A stretch of DNA of 64,000 bases from Mytilus edulis (Eukaryota), in assembly GCF_963676685.1 (NCBI RefSeq), contig NC_092345.1, positions 52,142,001 to 52,206,000 on the forward strand, read 5' to 3'. Made by a program: the position numbers and the translations under genes. Of the stretch, positions 1-14,350 are shown piece after piece. Under the pieces are notes generated by a model. It did no database searches, was not told where the DNA came from, and saw nothing but the letters and a program-made list of their open reading frames with translations. The stretch's first letter is position 1. Every line of letters starts with the position of its first letter.

Positions 1-796
1 AAGATCACAGCATGACAAAATGGGAAACAATTTAGAAGAGGGCTTTAAAAAATGACTTTTTTTTAAACCTAATAACATGAAATCAAACAGACCTAGAAAA
101 TTCTACTTACACGGGGTCCCTATCTAATTATATTTGTATTTTATGTTAATATCGGGCTATTTGACCGTCGCCAGTCGTCGGATGTCATCTTTATTGTTAG
201 TTAGCTGGCGTCGAGACTAAAATACACACAAAGTCCTGATACATATTATATAATCCATGTATTGTTTATTGTTCTTTTTATGCTTTTTGCGAGTTGGATA
301 CACGTTTTAGTAGGTTTATCGTTATAAGCCAAGTATGAGAATTAGGTCAAATCGGTGGATACGAATTTGACAGCTATATGTAGCTTACTCAGAAAATCCC
401 CTTTTGAATGGTTTTACATGAGTTATATAAAGCTATTATAGCGCACATTGCAATGTTCTTAACATAAATTTCTAGAAAAAATGTAGTAAATGAATAAGAT
501 AGCAAACTATTTCAAATAAATGAAATCACTTTGAAGCAGCTAAGCGAAATTGGACAAGGTCTTTTTCCCCTTCTGTCACGATCAGAACACGAACAAACTA
601 TTAATTGTGCAATTTGATTGCAATTCTGAAAGTTATATTTATATTACCCAAGACACTGATGCTGAATTGAAACTATTGCTAAAGTTACTTTATATTTCAT
701 CGGTTATTTCAGTCTTTAGTGATAATCAAAATATAATGTATATTTTAAGCGTTGTTAATTGTTATTCGATTTTTGATTACCAACAAGTACAATATT

Positions 797-970
797 CAGT
801 GGCGGATCCAGGGGGGGGGGGGGTTCCGGGGGTGCGCACCCCCCCTTTATTTTTGCCGATCAATGCATTTGTATCGGGACATATGTTTTGCACCCCCCCC
901 CCCCCCCCCCCTTTGCCCTGGGTGCCCTGGGTTAGCACCCCCCTTTCGAAAATTCCTGCATCCGCCACTG
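797..970. mobile_element. MITE with CAGTGGCGGAT TIRs and 5-bp TSD (ATATT), hAT-related by termini
   Basis: TIRs CAGTGGCGGATC / GCATCCGCCACTG; ATATT at 792-796 and 971-975. Confidence 0.85.
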
Positions 971-1023
971 ATATTAGTAGATTTGAAAACGACGATTAAA
1001 TGAACAAAGTCAGCTGTTTGCAT

Positions 1024-1412
1024 TAGACCACTTTCGAGTTCATCCGTCACCGGCAAAAACTCGTCAATTCTGTGCGCCTTTATGACGTCATTTACCAGAT
1101 AGAGGGGGTCGCCTGTATCCCTGCACTGTTAACGTTCATCAAGCGTCTTAGTGATCATCATTGTTCAGAATAAACTGGAAATAATATTTGTTTTGTAAGT
1201 ACTTAATTACAATTCCCAAATGACAGCACTACTATTTGTCAATTATGAGAATTCAATTTGCCGAATAATTCGTGCAATATAACATTATAGTTTCTCAACC
1301 ACTTGCTCAACATTGGAATGAAAGTGACGATGCCCCTAAACGCACGAATGATGGTCAGAATCTCTAAAACCAGAGTTTTTGACGGAAATGCACCGAACTC
1401 GAAAGTTGTCTA
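1024..1412. mobile_element. Non-autonomous DNA element with TAGAC..GTCTA 18-bp TIRs (copy 1)
   Basis: TIRs TAGACCACTTTCGAGTTC / GAACTCGAAAGTTGTCTA; closely similar copy at 11355-11741; no clear TSD. Confidence 0.85.
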
Positions 1413-2084
1413 TTATCACTTAACCATCGAATACTGTCAAAAAAAAGGGTCACGTGATGTGTTAATAATACTTGATGCAATACATGATTGACAAGCAGTA
1501 AAACAATTCTTTCCATGATATCAAAGATGGCTTCGTGCATGACATTAGAAACGAAAATGTCGGTATTCGTCCTAAAGAGCAAGACAAAGGAGTTGTATAG
1601 ACCAAAACCCGTAGTTATTATGTACATTTGCAAAAGGGTAAATATTCAGATGACATTATGATTTTCCGACAGTCTTCCAAACAGTCAATACAACTATTCG
1701 ATCAGTAACCAACACCTTTAATTTGTGATGATAACAATATTTTAAAAGTGAGAAATACCATAAATAGCACAAAGAGATCATGATCCACTATTGTGAAAAT
1801 ACATGTCAAGCATAGAACTTAATACATTCATGCAATATTGTTGATAAATCAAATTACATTCACAAAACAAGACGTGCTGGATTTTCTTGCTGTGTTGAAT
1901 ACACATTGGTGGCCTTCGATTGTATATTACTCTTTGGTCGGGTGTAGTCTCTTAGACACATTTCCCATTTCTATTCTCAATCTTATTTTTACATCTAGCA
2001 GTTAGAATTAAGAAACAAATTATAAACAGACTATACTGTTGCTGTGTAAAATTCCGAAGCAAACCCATGTGAATGGGATTTCAC

Positions 2085-2398
2085 ACAGCTAAAGCCTGCT
2101 TTGTTCTGTGATTGCTTCTGGATTTTACAGAGATATAGCATGGTCTGTTCTGTGATTGCTTATGGATTTTACACAGATACAGCAAGGTCTGTTCTGTGAT
2201 TACTTCGGGGTTTTACACATATACAGCAAGGTTTGTTCTGCATGTGATTGCTTCGGCATTTTACAGAGATACAGCAAGGTCTGTTCTATGATTACTTCTG
2301 GATTTTACACAGATGCAGCATGGTTTGTTCTTTGATTGCTTCGGGATTTCCCACAGAAACAGAAAGACATGTTCTGTGATTGCTTTGGGATTTTACAC
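2085..2398. repeat. 44-bp minisatellite, about 7 copies
   Basis: Unit GTTCTGTGATTGCTTCTGGATTTTACACAGATACAGCAAGGTCT. Confidence 0.9.
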
Positions 2399-2581
2399 CC
2401 TGAATTTTTTAATGTTTTGCCAAAAACAGCTACATTTGTAACAGGTCATCCTGGGGTATTATTATGATGTATAATCTCAGATGTAGTTTAAACATGACTT
2501 AAAAGACAAATAAACCAAACAAAAAGGCATTTGCCTTATATAGTTTTTGAGAAGTCGTCATAATAAAAATAATTCTACATT

Positions 2582-4735
2582 TCAAAAGTCAGATTCTTTA
2601 ATGAGCGTACTGTTTGTTTCTACACAATCTCGTTGATAGGTTGAATCTTCATCCAAAGTCAGGGTTTTCTACAAAAAAAAATGCAACGTTACTTGTTTGG
2701 ACATATATTGGTCTAAACATATGAATATTTGTGATTTTTAAAGACAAACGCGGGAGGTGTACAGCAACAATATCGATGAGTTACGTAAGCAAATAAAATA
2801 AACGGACTGAAATAATTGTTGATTACCTAGTCTGTTATATTCATATTGTTTTACTACAACGTGCTTAAGAACCTTCATTATATGCACTATTTAATGTTAA
2901 TTTTTTAATGTAAATAACGTTAAAGAGAAAATTTTGCAACACACGGGACTTTATGTTTCCCTTTTATGTTTTTGTTTTGTTATTTTGTTGCTTTCTAATT
3001 GAAATGCTGACGTATACTCAGATGTCCTAATTTTTTTCATTAATGTAAATCACTTTTTTAATGTTAACAAATCTCGACATATTCAATGTATCGAATATTG
3101 TCCGTCTTTTTTATTTGTCTTAGGCCAATGTGAATTACAATTTCGACACATTTTTGTGCTGCCATATCAAAGAACACTTGTCAGAAGACTCATATTTTGC
3201 TATGGATGTTTTGTAGTAAAGGTAACTAGATATGATAAGAAACTTAAATTGGTATCTGTAAATATTTGCAACATCGAAATATAAAGTACCATTATTGGTG
3301 CACTTAATTAACATTACCAGAATTTGACAAATTTAACATCTAAGATGAACAAATACGTATAAGGAGCTAATCAATCGAAACTTCATACATGATTATAAAC
3401 TAATCAAAATGTAATCAAATATAGAATGAAATTCAAAACAGTGTGGCTGTGGCCATTGATTGACACATTAAATTCATCCATTGACTGGGACAATTTACGT
3501 GAACGTTTGTCTGTAACGATCACTGTTCACGACGTACCTACGATAGACATTTAAACTGTGGGGTCACCAAAGGTTTCTTACGCCTTTAATTATAAAATAA
3601 TTCGAAAAATTAATCAGGAATAACCTTTATGTTTTGATTAATATAATTGATATAAATCAAAACATCGTGTTATTTCTGATTAATTTTTTCGAATTACTTT
3701 ATTAAGGTGTTGAGAACCTTTGGTGACCTCATAGTTTAAGTGTCTTTAAAAAGTACACAGTGAGCAATGGTCGTTACATACAAACGTTCACCTAAATTGT
3801 CCCAGTCAATGGATGAATTTAATGTGTCAATCAATGGCCACAGCCACACTGTTTTGAATTTCATTCTATATGAAATTTTGTATTAAGTATTCATATATAT
3901 GTATTTACCAATTTTCAAAATGGCTTCAATTGAGAAAGAAGTAGGTCCAGTAAGACCCCTTTTTGGCCCCAAAATATAGCAGTTTAACAAAATTGTTAAA
4001 ATGTAAACTTTTAGTTATTTATAAGACAGTAGAATACTTCTGCTACATAAATATGGACTGTTTTTGACAATACAATACACATATAGCGGGTACTAGCACC
4101 ATTAAGTCATGCTAAATTACTGAAATCTTCACAATTCTAGCATTTTAGTTCAATTTTAGACGGTTTTCGTGTAAAACGAAAGTGGCCGCATTCGTGTTCA
4201 TCCTTAATATTAAAATATAAGTTGTATTTTATGATAATACATAACATATATAAAGGTTGAGGATGAACACGGATACGGCCACCTTCATTTTTGACAAAAA
4301 CCATCTGAAAAGTGACATTTTTTTACATATTAGGTAGATTTTCAAATTTGAGCTTGAATCGGAATGACTAAATCAATTAAAATCTTTCACATAAACTAAT
4401 TGATTCAAATGAAATAGACACTTAAGTGTTTAAAAAGTGGTCAAAATCTTTCGTCAGATGAACCTGAAATTTGAGGCCAAAATCGGTCCTTACCGGACCT
4501 ACTTCTTTTCTGTTAATAATATACTTACTTCCGTTACAGGATCACCGTCTGAATATGAATAGACGTGAGCTGAATCAAAAGTAATGTCCGGCGAATGTCT
4601 TCCTTTTATCCAAAATATTATAATGCTGGTGACAAAAATTGCTATAAAAATGCCAACAAGAACGACACTCAATGTATTGTTCGTCACTATTACACGAAAA
4701 TTGTCTAATTCTGTATCCACTGTCATATTTTTCAT
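2582..4735 (-). CDS. Putative small single-pass membrane protein, 97 aa, 2 coding exons (4735-4529, 2668-2582)
   Basis: Acceptor before 4754, in-frame stops before the ATG, hydrophobic helix LSVVLVGIFIAIFVTSIIIFWI followed by KGRH, consensus GAA/gtaagt donor, strong T-rich gtag acceptor in phase 0 giving KTLTLDEDSTYQRDCVETNSTLIKESDF*. No homolog recognised. Confidence 0.55.
3419..3871. mobile_element. Foldback/palindromic MITE
   Basis: Outer ~80 bp are a perfect inverted repeat; imperfect pairing continues almost to the centre. Confidence 0.85.
3935..4508. mobile_element. MITE with AGTAGGTCC(A/G)GTAAG TIRs (Kolobok-like)
   Basis: aaagaagtaggtccagtaag ... cttaccggacctacttcttt; internal hairpin gtgttcatcct / aggatgaacac. 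Confidence 0.75.
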
Positions 4736-5039
4736 AACTTATCAGCTAGGCACTCTAAATCAAAATATGATATATTTTAGTCATCACACAATTCTAATGC
4801 CGAGTTAAAATATTCTAATGACATTTCGAAATGATAGACAACGTCTGTATGTTAGATCCTTTATATTTTCATGAGCAGCTGCGAACATTGAATTTCCTTG
4901 ACCTTTTATATATATTATTGTTTTGTCTCATTGGTGTCTACCATATAATGGTTCAGCTCTTTCGTTTACTGATTTTTATTGTGCTTTCATTTACCTTTTT
5001 ATTTCAATTTGGAAGAAAAAGAGTGAAGATAACTTGTTA

Positions 5040-6162
5040 AACCTCGACCCATGTTCATGTGTCCTTACCAAATTAGAAAACTTTCAAGATGTTCACGTGT
5101 CTTTACCAAGTCAGAAACATCGTCATATGTTCACATGTCTTTACCAGTCAGAAACCTCGTCTAATATTCACGTGTCTTTACCAAGTCAGAAACCTCGTCA
5201 TATGTTCACGTGTCTTTACCAAGTCAGAAACCTCGTCTAATGTTCACGTGTCTTTACCAAGTCAGAAACCTCGTCATATGTTCACATATATTTACCAAAT
5301 CAGATACCTCGTCCCATATTCGCATATCTTTACGAAGTCAGAAACCTCACCCATTGTCCAAGTTTTTTTTTTAACTTAATCAGCAACCTCGTCTTATCTT
5401 CAAGTGTTAATACCACTTCGGAAATCTACCACATGTTCATGTGTCTTTAAAATCAAGGCAGCAACCTTGCCCCATGTTAACGTGTCTTTCCCAAGTGAGA
5501 AACCTTGCCTCTTGTTCAAGTATCGTTACCAAATCAGAAAATTGCCCCATGGTCACGTGTCTTTATCAAGTCAGAAACCTCGTCAATGTTCAAGTATCTT
5601 CATCAAGTCGGAGACCTCGACCTATGTTTATGTGTCTTTATCAATGTGTTGAGAAAATGAAGGGACTGCTTTCATTTTGAAATATCAAAGTTTTTAAAAA
5701 TTTATCATTGTCTATTAAGAAATTAGTTAAAATATTGTAACTTATATGATAATATGTTAACATATATATATATATATATATATATTGTTTTGTAGTAACC
5801 ATAATAATGACTATATATGTATTTTGCATCTTGTTGCACATGTAAATATGTGTTTCCAAATAAAGTATATTGTTATCGTTATTGCCTAGACAAAAACCTC
5901 GCCCAAAATTCACGTTTCTTTACAAAATAAGACAATTTGCTAGATGTTCACCAAGTCAGAAACTTCGTCATATGTTTACATGTCTTTACCAAGTCAGAAA
6001 CCTCGACACATGGTCACGGGTCTTAAAGTTTACCAAATCAGAAACCCCGTAATATTATGTTCAAGTTTCTTAAACAATTCAGAGACCTCGCCTCATGTTT
6101 ATGTGTCTTTGCCAAGGCAGAAACCTCGCCTAATGGTCACGTGTCAAAATACCAAGTCAGAC
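5040..6162. repeat. 38-bp minisatellite array, interrupted by an AT-rich insert (~5645-5870)
   Basis: Unit GTTCACGTGTCTTTACCAAGTCAGAAACCTCGTCATAT; explains the repetitive ORFs at 4923-6216. Confidence 0.9.
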
Positions 6163-9100
6163 TGTACATATTCTAAGTTACATGAACCCCACATATCATT
6201 TGGTTATATTTTGTAAAATCACATGATGGTCTCTTTAATTGTAGGTAATATGATAATATATCACTATGGCATGTACTTTTCATGTTTAATTTTGTTTCAC
6301 ATGGGTTTTGTTTGCGATGATATTTTTTTTAATCAATGCATCTTTGAACTAAGAATATATTCTTTGGATATAAATTCGACAATTAGAAATATAGAAGGTT
6401 AAATAAACTCAAAATGAACACATAGAGGTTTCACAAAGATTTGGTAAATTTTGCTTAAAAATAGATTAGATATTCTGACTACTAAAGTAATTACCTGTCA
6501 CATGTACGTCCATTTGCTTGTTGCCAAAAATAAACCGCAAAATAGATCTCGAGACAGATGTTTCAGCAAACACACGTCTGACAAAACGTAGTTTAACACA
6601 TTTATTTAACAGATTCAAAATTACTGTGTCTTTTAATTCGCACCTCTATATTGAGTGAAGGTTAACGCTTTAGACAAGTAACATATTCTGATCAAATACA
6701 GAACACCTGTTCCATAAACCATGCAGACAATATTTAATTTTAGTTTGGCCGTCAATGTTTTACTCTTGAATTCATAAGTGAAATCATCAAATACGATAAG
6801 TGTTGTTTTTTCCATTGCTCGTCGATTTTCAACCCTCATCAATAATACAAACCAGGGCTTAATAGTCACAAAAATAACCCCACAAGAGCAGACAAGCGAA
6901 ATGCCATTTATAGCGCAATTTTACAAGAATTTGTGTGTTTAGAATACATTTTCACGAAAACGCAACGTCGAGCAATGAACCGCAAAAATGAGGTCATGAT
7001 AGATCTAGTTTAATTCTTGTAGAATGGTACACCGGGCGATAATTTTGTATATCAAATATGCGTGGCACTTTAACTTTTTTTGAGATACTGACCATTTAAT
7101 GAAAATAAAGATTGGTCTATTATATAGTATCATCGAAAAAGTGAGATCAAGATCAGATGAAGTACATCTTACCCTTGGACAATATCGTATTCACATAAAA
7201 AAGACAGATGGTCAAACGCCTATAGTATCTACAAAATTGACCTAATCAATAAAAACACGTAATGTTGATTGTTGAATCCTGTAATTAGGTAAATTTCGGG
7301 CTCGCTGTTTCTAACAGCCAAGATATAAAGGTAAGCACATAGCCACCGTATGTCTCGTATTCTGTGTCATTTCTGTTATATCATAAAAATGAGTGAATGG
7401 AAAAGATTTCAAGGATAAGACGACAACAATACAACATCATCTGACCAAAGGATATCTGTATTTAAAGTCCATACCAACCTATTAATATAAAACAACTATA
7501 TATGTACACGAGGAGTGCCAATATGAGAAGGAATTGTTTAGCCAGAAAGGCGCGCCTTTTTTGTTCTCATACTTATGTTCACTTCATGATAATTCTGTGC
7601 TTCTTAATGTTGCATTTTATTTTTAGATTGCTAGATTGTTTCTATATTGAGCGTGGACTGGTCTTGTCGATCCTTTTTCTTGAAAACTTTCTTAAACGTA
7701 TTGTTTTACATCCAATCATCATGTTGTCTTTGCTAGGATTTGTATGTACGACGGTTTGTGCATTTTGTATTGTCTTATGGTTAGAAAAGCGGTATCTACA
7801 AATCCATTTTGATATGAAGACTTACCAACGATTATAAATCATAAATCGTGTTTCTCTTTTGAATTGATTTACAATTGTCATTTTATAGCTTGTACGTGGT
7901 ATGGCTTTTGCTAATTGTTGAAAGCCGTACGTCGACCTTAAGTTAACCTTCATCGTCATTTGGTCTCTGATATAAAGTTGTCTCATTGGCAATCTTCTCG
8001 TACCTTCTTATTTTTATATAACTTCTCAAATGGCAATATAAGAAACTAGCAAACATGGAATGCCAATCCTTTTAAGCATCTTACTTCATCCGTGATGTGC
8101 GTTCGATTTGTTTTACTCAGGCTTCAGTTCTCGGTTAATTGATTTGACGTACTAAGTTATTTGTCCCTTCTTCATTTTTTTTCTTGACCATTGGACGTTC
8201 TATTCCTTTTCGACTTATGATTATTACTACCCTTAGCATTGAACCTTAAAAAATCGTTTTAAAAAAGTTTTTAAAAATTTCAAACCGAATTTATGGAAAT
8301 CGTGTTTCATTGGAAATATGCAAAACAAACTTATGTCATTAGAAAGCAAAACATATTACCCCCTGACATTTAGGGAAATCGTGTTTCATTGGAAATATGC
8401 AAAAACAACTTTATATCATTAGAAAGCAAAATATATTACTACTGAAATATGTTTCTTCAATTCTCGTTGGCACCTTTCCATAAAAACAAGGATTTACATT
8501 ATTGATAACCTTATGGGGTTAATTTAAGAAATAAAATATCGATTATTAGACCTGTTACATGTTGTGTTTACTTTGATTAGAATTGTGTATCAATATATTA
8601 TATGATTAAAGGTTAAGGGTAAGTCATGAGAAAAACACCTAAGACTGAATATTTACCAACAAAAATCATCATGGAAGTTCTAGAGAAAAAGAAATTATAA
8701 AAGGATATCATTAGAGGCAACACAATATCCATGGCGTTGAAGCGTTGAAACAACACTTTTTGACGAGCAATGCTTTTGAATGGGAAAATATGGTTGGATC
8801 CCCCTTTTTTTCTGGGTTGGAACCTCCCTTTAAAATATGGCTGGATCCGCAACTGAACCACGCGATTTGGGAATAAGGTTTTATATATAATTCTCTTTGT
8901 TCTTTCAAAGCAATTTTAATAGCATTCTACATCTACTTGAAACTAAACAAACAAAAGTTTAATGAATCATATAATTATAGTTATAAGCGATCATAAATTT
9001 CGCCTTGTTCTCACCTTTTCTTTTCTTTAAACAAGTAATTAAAGGGAAATTAAACGGAAATTGACACAAAAGTTGATCATATCAAGTACTACATGCATAA

Positions 9101-11354
9101 GTAACGATGTTGGACCTTGAACCTGAATTACATAAATAAAACACGAAATATAGGTACGAATGAACTAATTTCGCCGAAAGTTGCTAAACTCTCTAAAGTC
9201 AAGCTACATTCTTACAGAAAGTTAATTGAATCTAGGTCTTTCACTATCTAAATAATTAATACAAATATAAGAAATGAAAAGTAAGTCCATGAAGCGTAAA
9301 ATATAGGTCAGAGTGATCTACTTTATAATAAGCACGTTTACTACACTATAGAACCCACAATTGAGTATTTGTATCTTCCGTTATAAGATCTGAAATCTGC
9401 GTACAACGTAATGAAAGTCAACATGAACGCAATAAACGAATACAGTGTGTCTTTTACTTTCTTATATTTGATTCAGATGCATTACCATCAAATTCAAGTA
9501 GGCGTAAAATGTAAGGCTTTAGTGACCTACTTTTTTTTCGGTCTGCCACTTTGCTCCCAAATGTGCATCATTACACAGAGTGTTATACTTATAAGTCACT
9601 TAATATCTGAGATCCGAGTATAAATTTTTGTTTAGGGGCAAGCTATAGCCCGATTCCGGCTGCAAGATTTGTTCGCTGCTTGGAAGACCAATTGGTGGCC
9701 TTGACCTGTTTTCAGCTCTATGGTTATGTTGTTATCTCCTTTACACACTCCCCGTTTCAATTATAAATGCTATGAAAGCTTATTCGATTCTTCGAAATGA
9801 CTTCAAACGCTAACTTCCAGTAGTCCCGTTGAACTTGGATACGGCAAACAAACAAAAAACATCAAACAAAATAAAACAAAAGACTACTATCATGGTTAAA
9901 TATGCATGAATGATTTATGCAGCAGAGTTAAGCCAAGCAATTCAAAGGCCACGCAGTAAGTCTAGCAACACAGAACTTCAAACCTTTGATATCCAAAATT
10001 ACCTGCCAATATGTTCGTGCCAGATCGCTTCTCTCCCTTTTCTGCCATTAAATATTTATTTTTATAGAGACTGTTTCAATAAGTTGATAATCTACGAAAA
10101 TCCCAAACTAAACTGTGTTTTGTGTCATTGGTTAAGTACATGTGTAAGACAAATTTACCATAATACAAGTAATGTATATTCATTCACAATTTTTTTTTTT
10201 TTAACTAAAAACAAGGGCATAACGAGATAAATTGGGGAGGGGAAACTGCTGGAAACCTATGAATGTATATACTGACTGTTTTAACGTCACTTCAATTGTG
10301 AGATAAATCAATACAGAAGAATATATTTGATATAGTTTTGATTATATGTGTTGAGTGTGAATATTGAGTAAACAGAATAAAGGAACAATAATGAGTGTCA
10401 AATCAAAGAACTGAGAGAAATGGACCAAGAATAAAGAATAACGAATAATAGTGTGCTAAAATATCAAATATAGAGAATAATGGGCAACACCAATAAAGAA
10501 AGGAGAAAATTAGTCTAAAAAAGATACACAGAAATCAAGACCCACAATCCAGCCCCTCATACCGTGGCCTATTGATCTACAGTATTAGTTAATTGTTACG
10601 GTAGCATGCTCTATTATTAAAATATAATTACATGTAATTAAATTTAATCTATATAAGCCTTATTGGATTTATTATAAAAAGGGATTTTGTAGAATGTGTA
10701 ATATGTTTTTGAAGTATGACGGTACACTACGTACTGATCTCATCAAATACCAAACTTATAAATGCTTGCGTTGCATTCTGATTATGTATTTAATAAAAAT
10801 CGATTTATAATTCAAGGTCACCGATTACACGGATAGCTTTTTATAGTCTTCGTATATATATGCAGAAAGAAACTTATCGTGTATATATATATATACATAT
10901 CGAATATTAATCTTTCGGTGATATCTGTGCAGTTTTTATTTTGATTGACATGTATTTTAATAGTTTCTGTTTAAGATTAGAAGAAGTATAGTCTATATAT
11001 ATCGTATTTTCTTAAAATGTCTCTCTTTGCAATGCATATATATTTAAATCATTCATGTATCAAGTGTACACTGTGGCTTGAACTTTATTCCTACTAATAG
11101 TCAAGTCAATCTAGCATAAATTTGACCCTAACCTGAAAGTAATTGCCACAGAAGATTTTAAAGTTTTAATCTTTAGCATTATACCCCAAATATACACCGA
11201 AAAAAAGTCCCATAAAATCTTACCTGAGGAAGACTAAAAAAAAATCGCCATTTAAAATTCCTATGGAGATTTGCATTGAAAAGGGAGATAACTCTTGCAA
11301 AAAAGGGAGAAATATCAATAAAGATTGATACAAAATTATAACTTCACCGCTTTA

Positions 11355-11741
11355 TAGACCACTTTCGAGTTCATCCGTCACCGGAAAAACTCGTCAATTA
11401 TACGCGCCTTTATGACGTCATTTACCAGATAAAGGGGGGTCGCTTGTATCCCTGCACTATTTACGTTCATCAAGCGTCTTAGTGATCGTCATTGTGCAGG
11501 ATAAACAAGAAATAATGGTTGTTCTGTAGGTACTTAATGACAATTCCCTAATGACAGCAATGCTGATTGTCAATTTTGAGAATTCAATTTGCCGAATAAT
11601 TCGTACAATATAGAATTATAGTTTTCCAACCACTCGCTCAACGTTGGAACGGAAGTGACGACGCCCCTAAACGCACAAATGACGTTCACTAAAACCAGAG
11701 TTTTAATTTGACGGAAATACATCGAACTCGAAAGTTGTCTA
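11355..11741. mobile_element. Non-autonomous DNA element with TAGAC..GTCTA TIRs (copy 2)
   Basis: Colinear with 1024-1412. Confidence 0.85.
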
Positions 11742-13329
11742 TTCATCAGATATGAATAATGCTTATATGAGTAAGACACTCAGCGTGATTAAAAAAACGG
11801 CTTCGCAAATAAATTTTAATATTTTTAAGGGGACGGCCATTTGATTTTCTGTAGGGTGCAAGATGATTTTGAAAAACTTGGCCTAGTAAGAATTAAAAAT
11901 GAAGGAGTTAGCACAAGACAGGATGAAAATGAATATTTTTCAACATTAAATGCAGGATAGTTGCGGATACAAATGTGTACAAAGGAAAATATGTTTTAGT
12001 GCTGCACAGACGCAGAAAAATAAGCATGTGCGTGCTTAACAACAAGTGATAATAATTGATAAATCCGGAAAAATCCTCTTGCCCACCCCTCAAAATATCA
12101 TATAGTCGTCCCCTAAACTCAAATAGTCGAATTTTATGCAGGTTTAGTTTCTAGATTGTTATTTTGCCTAACATCCATAATAACAAAAAGTACATGCATA
12201 TTCAGAACAAGAGCACGTTATTTTGATATTCCAATAGATTTTGCAACGTGTGCCGATGATAATGAGAGCAAGCATTTCGATTGCAACTTGAAATTGAAAG
12301 GATGTCCTTCCAGACATGGCAGCGTAATCAAACATACCGCACTGATAAACGGACGTCAATTTTAAATGGTTTTATACTGCAATATGAAAGATTTGGGAAA
12401 ATAGCGTATGGTGAAATGTGTCTGGTTATAGAATACGTACCGGTGCATCCCTAAACGCCAAAACAAACGTCTCCTACTTTCGGCATAGGCTTTACTGTCG
12501 CACGGAGCAAGTTGAAGTGACCATGATTCTATTATCCCAGTAAACACTAAGGGTCAATGGTGGTTACAATTTCAATTCCCGGTACAAGTATTCCAATAAA
12601 GCCTGAGGCCCTGATTGAGTTCGCCGATAATAGACACAAAAAAATGGGAATATAATTAACTTCAATTATAAAAACGTAAATTTCATATTGCTTATTGTTT
12701 TGTAATTCCTTCAGCCCTAAACCAAGTTAATACATCAAATGAATTATTATGTCTCAACACGACTGTATTAACAAGATTGTATAACATGCTACTATCTGTT
12801 TACACAAACAATGTACTCTGTTAATTTTCAAATAGAAATTGATAGAAAAAAAACTTAAAATCACCTACTTATAAATCAAATTTGTTGCAAGAAGACAATA
12901 AACAATTTAAAAATAAACTACACCTCGTTAAACTATAGCTTTTCATCTTTTTCTTGGTTACAGCAGCAACGGAATATCATCAGTAAAGTATTTTATTTGT
13001 TTTTTCAAAGCTGACCACTTTTCCCTATAATGACATTTTCTGTAAGAATAACGGCAACTGTAACCTATTTAACATCACTGTAAGACAAATCAAAATTTGT
13101 TGCAAGAAGTTTAAACATTATTCTAAAATAATTGATATCATTAAGGATTATGGTGATCAGAGCATCTAAGAAAACAACTGAGAAGAAAATTAAATATATC
13201 GTTTGTTAAAGATTATTTTCCATATAACTTCTATATGACGATTGTATACATGTAGGGTATCTGAATTCACGCATGCGCAGTATGGACCGGACTGATTCTT
13301 GACAATGGTTTGTATTAAAGAATAAGATC

Positions 13330-14350
13330 AACTATATCTTGCAAATTTATACGTTAAGGATTGTTTTCACGGTGCATTGATAAATTGCAACTAGATAAAC
13401 TATTGAGTCATCCTTGTGTGAGTACAGGAATATGACGCTGATAAGAGGAGCGCAGTTCGTTCCCATATGAATACAAAGTGTCTGTTGAAAACAACGTCCA
13501 CTAACACAAATAGGTTGGCAATAAAAAATAACTTAGTGTCAGTTTAACTGTTCTGATAACTTGTTTGAACCTATAATAGTTGTTAATTTCTGTGTCATTT
13601 TGGTCTCTTGTGGACAGTTGTCTCATTGGAAATCATACCACATCTACTTTTTTATATTTGTTCATACATTGTAGGTATACATTGTCCGTTATCAACACAG
13701 GATAGTTGTTTGGGTATATATTTATGAAAACAAGTTGTACTAATAAGTTTGTAATTTAATTATATGGAATGCGTGCATAAAGTGCAGAAAAGCCAGATAA
13801 TGCAACTTCTTCATTTTTAAGTATGGAATAGATTGTGCATTTCATTTCTCTTTCTCTTTGAGTTTCATTGGTCAAACATTTAGTGAGACTCGCAGCCTAA
13901 AGCGAAGCTACGCCACTTCTTGCAATGTGTAAATATAAGCTTGATATATCTTTACTTAATACCAACTGAAACTGATTCAACAGATGAATTTAGAAAAAAA
14001 AACATTGAAATAATACGCATTGGACAATCTCAGTTTTAAAGACTAGAAGCTTTAGAAATATCCGAACAAAACAAAGACCTGACCTTATTGATCAAATCCA
14101 AAACAAAACTATTGCATGTAGATTGTCTTTATATTGTTCACCCTTTATTAAAAGGTTTGTATCTGAAATTCTCTCTTGCATTTTTTTTTTTTTGCTTTGT
14201 CCCCTCCCTTGAAAAAGCCTCTTACGAAATACGTTCTAACTTTTCCGAATTAATAGCATCTTACCTTTGTTTTCAATCAATGTTTAATTGTATCCATTTT
14301 GAATGCACCACTATCTTCTGTCCTATGGAATATATATGAATGTTTTTGTC
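13330..14350 (-). mobile_element. Decayed Penelope-like retroelement RT fragments
   Basis: Minus-strand peptides GRCFQQTLCIHMGTNCAPLISVIFLYS (~13415-13500) and FSALYARIP (~13760-13795) resemble the PLE motifs GIPMGTNCAPLLADLFLY and DFSTLYTTIP. Many stops; boundaries approximate. Confidence 0.6.

Noticed and set aside
500-620. Short protein-like frame NEITLKQLSEIGQGLFPLLSRSEHEQTINCAI
   Set aside because: Upstream in-frame stop, no convincing acceptor and no recognisable homology.
550-1056. Gly/Pro-rich ORFs on both strands
   Set aside because: They are produced by G/C homopolymer runs of the 797-970 MITE.
4923-6216. Repetitive ORFs (HVSLPSQKPR / FTCLYQVRN) resembling zinc-finger repeats
   Set aside because: They are translations of a 38-bp minisatellite whose unit is not a multiple of 3; frames are broken by stops.
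8294-8440. ~80-bp direct duplication
   Set aside because: Simple local tandem duplication with no functional signal.
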